Source: Nitrosopumilus sp. (lineage in GTDB: Archaea; Thermoproteota; Nitrososphaeria; Nitrososphaerales; Nitrosopumilaceae). Taken from it: a DNA stretch of 64,000 nt. Below, piece after piece: positions 1 through 10,023 of this stretch. The DNA lies in assembly GCA_965218785.1 (NCBI GenBank), contig OZ244650.1:1600001-1664000 (forward strand), in the 5' to 3' direction. The notes beneath the pieces are model-generated. The model was not told where the DNA came from. It saw nothing but the letters and a program-made list of their open reading frames with translations, and did no database searches. Position 1 is the stretch's first letter. Every line of letters starts with the position of its first letter. A program made the translations under genes and the position numbers.

Positions 1-10
1 GGCGGATTTT

Positions 11-1033
11 TTGGCAGATAAATGTGATGATTTGGGATTTGAGGATATTCAGATTGACGAGGTGGGAAACATAATTGCAAAAAAGGGATCAGGTTCGCCG
101 AGGATCATGTTATGCGGACACATGGATGTTGTTCCAGGAAAGATCAGGGTTAGAAGGGAAGGAGATTCACTTTATGGACGTGGGGCATCAGATGCAAAGG
201 CTCCACTGATTGCAATGTTATTTGCCGCATCGTCGATTCAAAACAACAACGGAACCATAATTTTTGTAGGGGCCGTAGATGAGGAAGGAACTGCCACGGG
301 AATAAAAAATCTTGTCAAAAAAAAGATGGGTGTAGATTATGCGGTTTTTGGGGAACCAAGTGGAATTAAAAAGGTTACAATTGCCTACAAGGGAAGACTG
401 GCCATCAATCTCAAAATCAATGTAGAGGATAGTTCTCATGCAAGTGCTCCATGGCTTTCAAAAAATGCAATTGAAGAATTGATGATTTTTGCAAAAGAAC
501 TCAAAGAGAAATTAGAGGCAAATCAAGACGGTAAAACCAAGGGAATGTTATTGACTGCAACTATGACGGAGATTAGGGGAGGTATCAGCCACAATGTAAC
601 TCCAAAAGAATGTGATGCCGTATTTGACATTAGAATTCCAGTTGATATGAACTGTAAATCAACTGAACAAAAGATCGAAGTATTGGTAAAGGAGATTGCA
701 GCAAACCGAAAAGTAGAGGCGTTTTATTCAATTCTTGATGAAACAGAACCGTTTGAAGCGCCACACAATTCACCACTAGTCAGGGCATTTACTCTTGGAA
801 TCATGGACGTGGAGCATTCAAGGCCGATGTTGATTCGGAAGACTGGAACAGGGGACATGAATGTTCTTGGAAATCAGTGGGATATTCCCGTAGTTACATA
901 TGGTCCCGGGGATCCTCACGAAGCCCACACAATGGATGAGAAGGTTTCAATTGATGAGTATCTAAGAGGAATCGAGGTTCTCAAGAAGACTATTGAACAC
1001 CTAAAAAGACTTCATGACAAAAAGGTGCAGTAA
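11..1033 (+). CDS. lysK: M20 family metallopeptidase, [LysW]-lysine/ornithine hydrolase (LysK/ArgE-like); probably 5'-truncated by window edge
   Basis: GHMDVV, GRGASDAK, DEE, GEP and HTMDEK motifs of M20 deacylases. Confidence 0.8.
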   Translation: MADKCDDLGFEDIQIDEVGNIIAKKGSGSPRIMLCGHMDVVPGKIRVRREGDSLYGRGASDAKAPLIAMLFAASSIQNNNGTIIFVGAVDEEGTATGIKNLVKKKMGVDYAVFGEPSGIKKVTIAYKGRLAINLKINVEDSSHASAPWLSKNAIEELMIFAKELKEKLEANQDGKTKGMLLTATMTEIRGGISHNVTPKECDAVFDIRIPVDMNCKSTEQKIEVLVKEIAANRKVEAFYSILDETEPFEAPHNSPLVRAFTLGIMDVEHSRPMLIRKTGTGDMNVLGNQWDIPVVTYGPGDPHEAHTMDEKVSIDEYLRGIEVLKKTIEHLKRLHDKKVQ

Positions 1034-2070
1034 TGCTTTGGTTTGTAGGTCTGGGAATTTCCGGATTCAAATCAATTCCCAACGAGGCACTAGAGATCTT
1101 ATCAAAGGCAGATATTGTATATCTGGAACAGTTTACTAGCCCCATTGGAGAGTCTGATTTGGCTAGAATTAAAAATTCCACAAGGGGGGAATTCAAACCT
1201 GCAAAAAGGTGGCTAGTCGAAGACGGAAGCGAGATTTTACAAAATGCAAAAAAGAAAAAGGTTGTCTTACTATCATACGGGGATCCCTACATTGCAACGA
1301 CACACATTGAATTAAGAGCAAGGGCAATGAAAGAAAAAATAAGGACGTATTCAATCCACGCATCATCATCAATCACTTCGATGATAGGAGAATGCGGTTT
1401 GCATTTTTACAAAATAGGAAGAATTGCAACGATAATGAGTGAAACAAAGTCACTTACAACGCCATACTATGTAATTTACAAAAATATCATCGAGGGAAAT
1501 CACACCATACTTCTTTTAGAGTACAATCAGGACAATGATTTTTTCTTGGATCCCAAGGATGCGCTAAGCGGGTTGTTAGAAACAGAAAAAGGGCAAAGAA
1601 GAAAGGTCATAAGTTCAGATACCTGTGCCATAGTGGCATCAAGAATTGGATTTGAGGATCAATTAATCATTTCAGGGAGGATATCCAGCCTGATAAATCA
1701 GAATTTTGGAAGACCGCCACACACGTTGATAATACCTGGCAGATTGCATTTTACCGAATCAGACGCCTTGAAGATGCTAGGCAGATGCATTGATGAGCCA
1801 TTTGATAATTCTGAAAAAACAAAAAAGATCGCAGTCCAGATGATGGAAAAATATGTTCCGATGGTCAGGGAGGCACTCAAAGAGGTTGAACCATACTATA
1901 AGGAACAAGAAGAATTCAAAGTGGTTTTGGAAAATGCGTGGCTGTACATACAGGATGCAGAAAAATTCCTAAAAGACGGTCAGGACGAAGTGGCAGTTTT
2001 GAGTATTGGGTATGCAGACGGTCTAGTAGACGCACTAAGACTGGCAAAGGGCCTTGATCCAAAGATGTAA
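1033..2070 (+). CDS. dph5: Diphthine synthase with C-terminal DUF357-like domain
   Basis: LWFVGLG, YLEQFTS, GDPYIATTH, HTILLL motifs; C-terminal YIQDAEKFL...SIGYADGLVDALR. Confidence 0.9.
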   Translation: MLWFVGLGISGFKSIPNEALEILSKADIVYLEQFTSPIGESDLARIKNSTRGEFKPAKRWLVEDGSEILQNAKKKKVVLLSYGDPYIATTHIELRARAMKEKIRTYSIHASSSITSMIGECGLHFYKIGRIATIMSETKSLTTPYYVIYKNIIEGNHTILLLEYNQDNDFFLDPKDALSGLLETEKGQRRKVISSDTCAIVASRIGFEDQLIISGRISSLINQNFGRPPHTLIIPGRLHFTESDALKMLGRCIDEPFDNSEKTKKIAVQMMEKYVPMVREALKEVEPYYKEQEEFKVVLENAWLYIQDAEKFLKDGQDEVAVLSIGYADGLVDALRLAKGLDPKM

Positions 2071-2112
2071 GCCTTGGCGATGAATTAAAGAGAGGGTCTG
2101 AAAATAGGAAGA

Positions 2113-2733
2113 ATGTTGGAATCAAGTGAAAAGGCAATTCTCGCTGCCATGTATGTATGCCAGATTAGCAAAAGATCGCCAATTGGGCAGATAACGAGGC
2201 AGGGCATGCTTTCTGAGGCTGCAGTTAACACAAAAATTGATGAATTGGTAAAAAAGCGGCTAGTTAATGAGGACAGGAATACGATTACTAAGGAGGGAAG
2301 AGACTCGCTGCAGGTCGTACTAGCCGGGGGGGTTTTTGATATCATTCATCCGGGACATATTCATACATTAAATGCGGCAAAGGCACTCGGTGATGTTTTG
2401 GTAGTCGTTGTTGCAACAGACAGCACGGCAGTAAAAATGAAAAAACGCAAGCCGTTGCACATCCAGGAACAGAGACAGGAATTGGTAAACTCACTCTCAG
2501 TTGTAGATCTTTGCCTAATAGGACAGGAGGATGACATATTCAAGACAGTTGATCGGGTGAGACCGCAGATTATTGCGCTGGGATATGATCAAGTTCATCA
2601 GGAAAAATTCATTACAGACGGATGTAAAAGGATCAATCTAGATGCAAGGGTTGCAAGATTACAGTCTCCAATTCCCGAAAGCTCCAGCTCCAAAATAGAA
2701 AAGGAGTATGGAAAATCAATTCATGGGATTTAG
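2113..2733 (+). CDS. ribL: FAD synthase / cytidylyltransferase family, N-terminal wHTH-like extension
   Basis: GGVFDIIHPGHI (HxGH) and LGYDQ motifs; adjacent to riboflavin kinase. Confidence 0.75.
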   Translation: MLESSEKAILAAMYVCQISKRSPIGQITRQGMLSEAAVNTKIDELVKKRLVNEDRNTITKEGRDSLQVVLAGGVFDIIHPGHIHTLNAAKALGDVLVVVVATDSTAVKMKKRKPLHIQEQRQELVNSLSVVDLCLIGQEDDIFKTVDRVRPQIIALGYDQVHQEKFITDGCKRINLDARVARLQSPIPESSSSKIEKEYGKSIHGI

Positions 2734-3413
2734 GAATTAATTGGAATTTTAATTAAAACCTTCGAACCGTCCTTTAGTTTTTCAGCTTCTCTTAAGCAGA
2801 CCTGAGATATCAGCTCAATTACCGAATCATCATGATGGGTTCGTTCAAGTATTATTAATTGACAGTCTACGGAATTGCCAAGTTTGGCAGGAAAGCATTT
2901 TACCCAGCCATACGTTCTCTTGCCATCTGAGAAACTCGTAATTTTAATGCCTTCCATGGTTTCAAATTGCTTGATGGCCTCTTGATAGATTTTTTTATCT
3001 AATCTGACGTTGAGGGTTCCCGGAAATGGAATATATCCTATTTTTGATTTGAATTGCTTTGTGTACCCCTTTAATCCCATATAGTATGCGCCCTCGCCCA
3101 TTCCAGAAATCAGGGTTCCACCTAGCTCAACAGTAGAAGGGGAGGAATCCAGGCTTTTTTGCAAGACAGACGACAGCTTTACCATTTCAGAGAAACCCTT
3201 AGAGGTGATTTTCACGGAAATGTTTCTTCCACTTATAATTCTCTTAATGAATTGATTCTGTTCTAATTCAAGTAGGTGTTTTGATGCTGCCTGCTGTGAT
3301 TTTTTGATATTCTTTCCAAGTGATGACGTGGTAATGGTGACATAGTTGTATCTTGCTCCTTTAGATAACAGGTAAGAGAGGGTTAGGATGTGCTGAATTT
3401 TTAGTTCAGTCAT
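2730..3413 (-). CDS. ribK: CTP-dependent riboflavin kinase with N-terminal HTH
   Basis: SGMGEGAYY, PFPGTLN, ERTHH motifs. Confidence 0.9.
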   Translation of the reverse strand: MTELKIQHILTLSYLLSKGARYNYVTITTSSLGKNIKKSQQAASKHLLELEQNQFIKRIISGRNISVKITSKGFSEMVKLSSVLQKSLDSSPSTVELGGTLISGMGEGAYYMGLKGYTKQFKSKIGYIPFPGTLNVRLDKKIYQEAIKQFETMEGIKITSFSDGKRTYGWVKCFPAKLGNSVDCQLIILERTHHDDSVIELISQVCLREAEKLKDGSKVLIKIPINS

Positions 3414-3421
3414 CTAGAATC

Positions 3422-4564
3422 TTAAGATACGCCTAGGTTACCAAATGTTTTCAATGTCATTCCATCAGAGTTTGACAGTTTGGCAATTCTATGACCAACG
3501 ACACATTGAATCCCTGCATTTTTGGCACCTTCTAAAAGTCTTTGAGTGATGATTCCATCTAGTAGAAGGTATTTGATTCCTGATTGTGTCGACAGCTTGC
3601 TGACAACTTCACTTATTGGAACTTTGAAAATTTCATTTTGATCGTCATCTAATCCAACTGCTTCAAGTGTTTCATTCAGATTTGGAAAAATTTTCAGGGC
3701 CAGATCAGCGAGTGGTTTGTCATCTTCATTTGCAAGTGTGGGAGCTGGTTTTCCGTTTTTAATTTCATCGGCAACAGGTCCTATAATTTCATCAATTCTT
3801 TGTGGAGTCAGTTCTTCGACTTCAACATCATTGTCTGCTCTAAGTTCATAATCTACTGAAACAACAGATGTAAGTTCTTTGAGAATAAACCCGCCTGCCC
3901 TATCCCCGTCAAGGAATGCTACAACGGTGTCTTTAGAATTACACAGTACTTTGATGGATTCATCAATTTTTGCACCTTCAATAGCAATGGCATTGTTATA
4001 TCCTGCTCTGAGAATATTAATTACATCTGCCCGTCCTTCGACTAGAATAATCCAGTTAGAATCAAAGACACCAGAACCGCAAGTGAGTCTTGAGGGACCG
4101 TATGTGGATAGTTTTCCAGTAACACCCTGATGAACATCATTTAGCATTGTTTCCCCTTCACTGACAGTTTTTGTTGCCCATTTTTGCTTGATCTCTTTTG
4201 CGCGTTTTACAATGTCATCTTTTTTTGCAGCCCGTACATCATCAATTGCATCTAATCTGAATTTGCAATCAAACGGACCTACCTTGTCTATACTTTCAAT
4301 TCCAGCGGCAATCAATGCACACGTGTCAATATCAGTACTCATTGGTATGGTAACAATGCCAGATGTGGTGTTGGATGTGGATTGTTCGACGACTTCAATG
4401 CGACCCACCTTGGAAACTCGTTGCAGCTCATTTAGATTCATCTCTGGACCCAGCAGACCTTCGGTCTGGCCAAAGATGGCTCCGATTATATCTGCTCTTT
4501 CAACGAGTCCATCGACTTCATAGGAAAGTTTAACATGATACTTGACAATTCCTGATTGAGGCAT
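3422..4564 (-). CDS. dnaG: Archaeal DnaG-like primase (exosome-associated)
   Basis: GAIFGQTEGLLG, VEGRADV, FLDGDRAG Toprim motifs. Confidence 0.93.
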   Translation of the reverse strand: MPQSGIVKYHVKLSYEVDGLVERADIIGAIFGQTEGLLGPEMNLNELQRVSKVGRIEVVEQSTSNTTSGIVTIPMSTDIDTCALIAAGIESIDKVGPFDCKFRLDAIDDVRAAKKDDIVKRAKEIKQKWATKTVSEGETMLNDVHQGVTGKLSTYGPSRLTCGSGVFDSNWIILVEGRADVINILRAGYNNAIAIEGAKIDESIKVLCNSKDTVVAFLDGDRAGGFILKELTSVVSVDYELRADNDVEVEELTPQRIDEIIGPVADEIKNGKPAPTLANEDDKPLADLALKIFPNLNETLEAVGLDDDQNEIFKVPISEVVSKLSTQSGIKYLLLDGIITQRLLEGAKNAGIQCVVGHRIAKLSNSDGMTLKTFGNLGVS

Positions 4565-4712
4565 AAACTATTCATCTCCTTAATTATCATAGTTTGGGTT
4601 CATACATTGGATATATGAGGGTATCGCAAAAATTTGCGCTGAGAATATAAGATTATTCAAATAATCAGGCATAGCAACCGCTAGGGAGATCTAAAAAGGA
4701 AAAATTAGTTGC

Positions 4713-5063
4713 TTATTCAGTGCTAAATGAGTGACCACACGAGCAGGATTTTGTAACATTTGGATTGTTGATTTTGAATCCAGATCCCATTAGACTTTCG
4801 ATATAGTCTACGTTTGCGCCCTGTAGATGGTCTACACTGTAGCTGTCAACTAGGAGTTTTACTCCATTTTCTTCCATGACGATATCATCTTCTTCTGGTG
4901 CTTTTTCAAAGCCCATTCCATAAGATAAACCGGAACAACCGCCGCCTTGAACATATACCCTAAGGTATTCAGGGGCTTCTGCTTCTTCTTTCATGAATTC
5001 GTGGATTTTCTCAGCTGCTTTTGCAGTAACTGTGATCATCTTTTGTGTTTGTTCAGTTGCCAT
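4713..5063 (-). CDS. Iron-sulfur cluster assembly A-type carrier (HesB/IscA/ErpA)
   Basis: GGGCSGLSY and CSCGHSF motifs. Confidence 0.93.
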   Translation of the reverse strand: MATEQTQKMITVTAKAAEKIHEFMKEEAEAPEYLRVYVQGGGCSGLSYGMGFEKAPEEDDIVMEENGVKLLVDSYSVDHLQGANVDYIESLMGSGFKINNPNVTKSCSCGHSFSTE

Positions 5064-5285
5064 TATGAATAAAAAAGCCAGTTCAAATTATAATAAGCTT
5101 TTCCTTGCGTTACGCATGGCAGTATATGAAAAGTACGTCTGCTAGTCATCAGGGCTCTTTTCGGGATTAAATCACAGGATTAGGATTAGGGCTTTATCCG
5201 GAGATTTTTGCCACCACTTGATGAGTCGTCACGATCTTGAGGGCAATCTGGTTCTGGTGCAAGAATTATCTGATCGTCAAAATTA

Positions 5286-5395
5286 AACAGCAGGATTCAG
5301 CATTGACTCGATTGAATTATCTAGCAAAATTAGTGTCATTTGGAGAATATTGGTATTTCATGGTTTGTGTTACAGATCACAAATTTACCAGAACC
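5286..5395 (+). repeat. Direct repeat A, left copy (partner 6201-6307)
   Basis: aacagcaggattca...gaattatctagcaaaatt...tttggaga...; 32 bp identical core tttgtgttacagatcacaaatttaccagaacc at 5364-5395. Confidence 0.85.
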
Positions 5396-5511
5396 AAAAA
5401 GGAGATGGGTTTTTGCATGATCTAATTATTTCCAAATACACATCAATAACAGGATATTTGGTGTGATTGTATCCGTTGTGGTATCTGCCGATCCTCATGT
5501 ACAAATCTCAT

Positions 5512-6126
5512 TTATTTATTCAATGAATTTTCAATTCTTTTCTCTAGTTGTTTTTCAGTGGTGTCTTTTCTCATATCTGTATTCTTTGCTTTTCCATCAT
5601 CAGTTATTTTATAGTGTCCAGAAATTACACCTGCAACATAATAACTGTCACCATATATGGAATCAGGATCTAGGTTAAGGAACAAAATAACATCATCACC
5701 GTCTTCAGAAAGAAGATGCGTCCATGTAAACACGTTGTTGTCATATTTGCCACCTAAAATTTTTACATTAATCAGATTTTCGTTGCTAGAGCCTTTTAGG
5801 AATTTTTCTGGTTTAAGATCCCAGTTTGTAAATAGTATATGTTTTGAAACATCATCATCTATGTACTGTATCTCAGATCTATGTCCGAATATTTTGCCTT
5901 TTACAATTAACTTTGCTTCAGGAGCCAGATCTTCTACGCTCAGATCAGGAGATAAAGAATATGAATCTATTATTACCGGAATAACGCTTGCCACATATAA
6001 TACGGGCAATACCATTGCAACTGCAACAAGTGATATTGATAGTTTTTTCTTGTTTATCATTTCTAATACTTTCCCATAAAGTCTACAGATACCTAGTATT
6101 TCATTATTAGCTGGAATAGTGTACAT
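5512..6126 (-). CDS. Hypothetical exported/membrane-anchored protein (likely true start at MINKKKL)
   Basis: 204 aa ORF, basic residues followed by hydrophobic signal/anchor. Confidence 0.7.
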   Translation of the reverse strand: MYTIPANNEILGICRLYGKVLEMINKKKLSISLVAVAMVLPVLYVASVIPVIIDSYSLSPDLSVEDLAPEAKLIVKGKIFGHRSEIQYIDDDVSKHILFTNWDLKPEKFLKGSSNENLINVKILGGKYDNNVFTWTHLLSEDGDDVILFLNLDPDSIYGDSYYVAGVISGHYKITDDGKAKNTDMRKDTTEKQLEKRIENSLNK

Positions 6127-6200
6127 GGTGAATTTTCGCAGCAGTACTTTGGCACACCTGTCAGATATGTGATTTTGATACGTGATCTGATCACTAATTT

Positions 6201-6307
6201 AACAGCAGGATTCAACAGACAGCCTCTGAATTATCTGGCAAAATTACAATGCAATTTGGAGAAGAATGGTCATAATTTGTGTTACAGATCACAAATTTAC
6301 CAGAACC
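6201..6307 (+). repeat. Direct repeat A, right copy
   Basis: Matches 5286-5395; identical core at 6276-6307. Confidence 0.85.
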
Positions 6308-6692
6308 GCTAACATCTTCCATCAAACTATCAAGAAATCATACGAGTCGGGTCCTAGTCAGTATCTGTGGAAATACAACAATTAGCAGGACAAATTCGAT
6401 ACTACTACTACTAGGAGGAGACTCAAAGATACCGCACTGTCTTCTGTGGAATTCATCAGTATGTTATTGCTCTGGCAGTATTTGATCTTGAGATGAGTCA
6501 GGAGCTGGCAAGACATGCTCCAATTCGGTTCTGATGTAAAATGGTGATCAGATTACCAAAATTCACCTCCCCCTCGGAACAGATTATGGGTCAATCTCAG
6601 GCACGAAATAAAATAGAGATAAAAAATCAAGATTAGGTCATATTTTCATCAGACAATAACTTTTTAAGACAATTTTTTCCTGATAAATAATT

Positions 6693-6863
6693 ATGAGTAC
6701 AGAGGCTGAAACCATCTATGAGCGGGTTGCAAAACTTGAGGATGAAATTGCGCTCCTCAGAAGCGAAATAGATATTCTCAAAAAGGCATTTAGAAACAAG
6801 ATCGCCCGCCATGAAATATCCCTGATCAAAAAGGGACAAGACATTGATTCCATCATTGATTAA
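6693..6863 (+). CDS. Small coiled-coil protein, 56 aa (MSTEAETIYERVAKLEDEIALLRSEIDILKKAF...)
   Basis: Manually read ATG..TAA ORF below the track cut-off; heptad pattern; AT-rich promoter upstream. Confidence 0.7.
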   Translation: MSTEAETIYERVAKLEDEIALLRSEIDILKKAFRNKIARHEISLIKKGQDIDSIID

Positions 6864-7677
6864 TTTTTGCCTTTATACTCCTTATCAGTTCCAAAATAAA
6901 ATCTATATCTTCTGCGTTTGGATTAATTTTCAAATATTTATTCAGGTATTTTAATGCGGTTTCAGAATTTAGCAGTCTTTCCTCTAGAATTCCTTTGTCT
7001 CTAATGTCCTCCGGAGATTCAGGATCAATTGCCAAAACCATGTTAGTGCAGCGAAGAGCTTTGTCATAAACAAACGACTGTACATAGGAATTCTTCAGAT
7101 TGCGTGTCATTCTTACAAGAATTTGTTCTGATCCTATCTCATCAAGAAATTCTGGTTTAAATTCCAACTGTCCATCAAAATTGGTATTCAATATGTCCTG
7201 CAAATCATCAATATCCAATAGAGTCCCATCATAAAACGGATCTAAAATCATCTCTTCATTATATTTCACCAGGATATGACTTGGAAATCCAACAATTCTG
7301 AGATCCAGTCCAATAAATTTTGCAATTTCAACATAAAGAATTGAAATGGTGATGGGCATGCCAGACTTTTTATCAATGACATCATTTAGAAAATTATTTT
7401 TTGGATTATAGTAATCATCATCATCCCCGCTAAAACCTAGATTTTCAAAGAAATGTTCATTTAACATTGAAATCAGATATGTGGGGTTTGTGACATCACT
7501 GACTGATTCTTTTAGAGACAGTCCTATTTTATTTATCTTCTGAATGTATTCGTCTACGTTTAGATCAGGATATTCCAAAATCTGAGCAAATTTCAGACAT
7601 TTTTCAACCATATTGAAGTTTGGATTTTTTACAAACGAAAGCCACTCTGCAACAAACGGATCAAATTTTTCATTCAA
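6853..7677 (-). CDS. SirB1-like transglutaminase-like + TPR protein
   Basis: YYNPKNNFLNDVIDKKSGMPITISILY, GFPSH, TPR tail. Confidence 0.85.
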   Translation of the reverse strand: MNEKFDPFVAEWLSFVKNPNFNMVEKCLKFAQILEYPDLNVDEYIQKINKIGLSLKESVSDVTNPTYLISMLNEHFFENLGFSGDDDDYYNPKNNFLNDVIDKKSGMPITISILYVEIAKFIGLDLRIVGFPSHILVKYNEEMILDPFYDGTLLDIDDLQDILNTNFDGQLEFKPEFLDEIGSEQILVRMTRNLKNSYVQSFVYDKALRCTNMVLAIDPESPEDIRDKGILEERLLNSETALKYLNKYLKINPNAEDIDFILELIRSIKAKINQ

Positions 7678-7680
7678 TTA

Positions 7681-8877
7681 TTACTGACTCGTTTTTTTGA
7701 GGTATAGTAAGGGATCCTTGAGCTCTTTAGTGTTTGGTGGAATCTCAATCATTTTTTTGAAGGTATTCCTGCCTAGTTTCTCATATACGGTTTTAGTAAA
7801 ATCTTTTCCCATGCTCTTTCGGACCTGATATGAAGAGAAGTCTGTTCCCATAAATGTGGTAAGATAATTCTGAAAGTCTGGATCGTCTTTTAAGATATTC
7901 TCGATTACAAAACCTGCCATTCCTTCCATTGCAGTAAATGCCGCATGATGCTGCTGAATTGGAATCAGCCATTTCTTGTAGATCTCCAAAAGTTGGGGAA
8001 TTGATTCGCCTATCTTGGGATCTATCTCCACATGCGTAAATGTCATAACATCCGGTCCTATCTGTTCAATTAAAAAATGATCCGGATTCAAAAAGAAAAA
8101 CAGATTTGCCTTTTTTGCAAATGGAAAATCATCCGGAACTGTCTGTAATTGACAGTATTCTGCAAGCCTGTTGATGGTTTCAGTGTCAAGTGACAAAATG
8201 ACATTTGCCAGCTCCTCGTTGATTTTATTTACTTTCATTGCGGCACTTTTGTTTACCTGTTGCAGATTCTCCTGTACGGAATGAACCAGTTCTTCTAACA
8301 CCGTCATCTTTATGGCACCCATATACCCAGAATTCACATTTTCAAATCTTGATTCATAGGGCTCCCCCTGCTTGTGCAGAATTATCTGTGGATACTTTGA
8401 TAAAATGAATTTATTCAGATATATTATAGAATCAAGATAATCACCATACGTTGTTGTGATTTTGGATATGTATTGAATCGCATATGTTGAATATACCAAA
8501 TATTTTGCAGTATCTTCTTGCATTAATTCTGAAATCTTTTTTGAATCCTCTTTTGCAACGGCGTCAAATAATTCTGTGACAAATTGTCTTGCATCTTTGT
8601 CTGCGAATACTTTGTCGCCCTTCATTTTTTTCAGGTTTTCTAATTCCAGGAATTCCAATTGTATGTTATCAGGAACTTTGATCCCAAGAAATTCCTCCAC
8701 TTTGTCTTTGTAAATTGGAAAAATCTCTCTGGCAATATCATCTAATTCTCTGAAATGAACCCTGTCTCCAAGCTCATCTCTGGCCTTGATTGATAATTCT
8801 GTGATCTCTTTTTCCTCATTGATTTCAACTGATAATTGACCAAATAATGCTTCGGCAAACTCTTCAAATTCTCCCAA
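7681..8877 (-). CDS. Conserved hypothetical protein (possible zincin-like EELVH motif)
   Basis: 398 aa ORF, operonic with sirB1-like gene. Confidence 0.75.
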   Translation of the reverse strand: MGEFEEFAEALFGQLSVEINEEKEITELSIKARDELGDRVHFRELDDIAREIFPIYKDKVEEFLGIKVPDNIQLEFLELENLKKMKGDKVFADKDARQFVTELFDAVAKEDSKKISELMQEDTAKYLVYSTYAIQYISKITTTYGDYLDSIIYLNKFILSKYPQIILHKQGEPYESRFENVNSGYMGAIKMTVLEELVHSVQENLQQVNKSAAMKVNKINEELANVILSLDTETINRLAEYCQLQTVPDDFPFAKKANLFFFLNPDHFLIEQIGPDVMTFTHVEIDPKIGESIPQLLEIYKKWLIPIQQHHAAFTAMEGMAGFVIENILKDDPDFQNYLTTFMGTDFSSYQVRKSMGKDFTKTVYEKLGRNTFKKMIEIPPNTKELKDPLLYLKKTSQ

Positions 8878-9079
8878 GTTGCATCAAATTTAAAAATACT
8901 ACATTTAACATTATCTTGATTTCTTGTATCAAAGAAATTATTAGCTCACAAATTACTGGTTTGTTGTCTGAAAATGTCAGAATCAAGCACCGCACTAGAA
9001 TGTTAGATGTGGATCAGGACGGATTAGGTGTGTTTGGAATCATAGTAGATTTTACAAAACACCAATACAGAAAAAAGTG

Positions 9080-9345
9080 GAAAACCATCATTCAAAATGC
9101 CTCTGAGTAATATTCTCAATAGGGTAAATTTTCAATTCAGAGATGATGAAAAAAGGGTGAGCCATTCGTTACAGGGTGGTCACAGACCTTCAAGATGCCC
9201 CCAGACTTCAATAGTCAGTTACCTGATTCTCATTATACAATATTAATTTTCAAAATACATTGTGAATGAAAACCATCAAGTAAAAATTCTCAATAGGCAC
9301 AAAATTTCAATCTGAAGAAGATCGTGATTTCAGGTCACAGATGTT
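9080..9345. repeat. Local imperfect duplication (9080-9190 vs 9268-9345)
   Basis: gaaaaccatca, agtaa..attctcaatagg, ttcaat and ggtcacaga occur twice in the same order. Confidence 0.6.
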
Positions 9346-9398
9346 ACAGAATCTGTTTTAGGTAATTTTAGAATCAAAATCAGGCTTTGCAAATAAAA

Positions 9399-9489
9399 AA
9401 TTCCCATGGTTTTTCAAAAAATAATTCGCTGGTTGCAATATAACAGTGTATTATGTGTTAAAAATTATTTTCTAAAAACCATGAAAATT
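9399..9489. repeat. ~27 bp imperfect inverted repeat enclosing ~36 bp (MITE-like hairpin)
   Basis: aattcccatggtttttcaaaaaataatt versus aattattttctaaaaaccatgaaaatt. Confidence 0.6.
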
Positions 9490-10023
9490 CTAGAACCAGC
9501 AAAAATCGCAACAGCAGCTACAATCAATCCAATCATTATTGTTTGTCCCACGTAATCATCCAATTCCTACTTTTCATTGGATTACTACTCATTTTTAATA
9601 CTTGAGGTATAACATAGAATCAAGAATGACAGTTTGTCGTGATTTGTCATGCTCCAATCTGCAAAAAAGATTAAAAATGCGGCAAGCATTCTGCTGATCT
9701 TGGGACACCGCCTGACAACGACGGGCACAACAGATGCCACAAAGTCAGACAGGGGGCAAAGATCATCCATTTTACAAGCAGGACATAGATGGAGGAATTA
9801 CATGGGCTTGCTCGTCTTGGATGTGGGAATAGATAACGGGAATTCATGAAAAAACACCTTTGCCAAAATATGACTAGATTTTTTGGAAATGCCATATCAG
9901 ATGTAATTATTTGGGTTCAGCACATGATCGCCGAATTCATACGTAGAATCAGATGTCTAGGTACAACAGCCTAACTGATTTCATCAGATAACATAACATT
10001 GAAATGACTTTGTAGAATCTGTT

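Noticed and set aside
6060-6126. MY...NEILGICRLYG resembling a matrixin C-terminus
   Set aside because: No HExxH motif upstream; similarity too short.
6320-6490. Transposase (IS91-like) relic, fragments IRYYYY / LSSVEFISMLL
   Set aside because: Too short and frame-broken to support.
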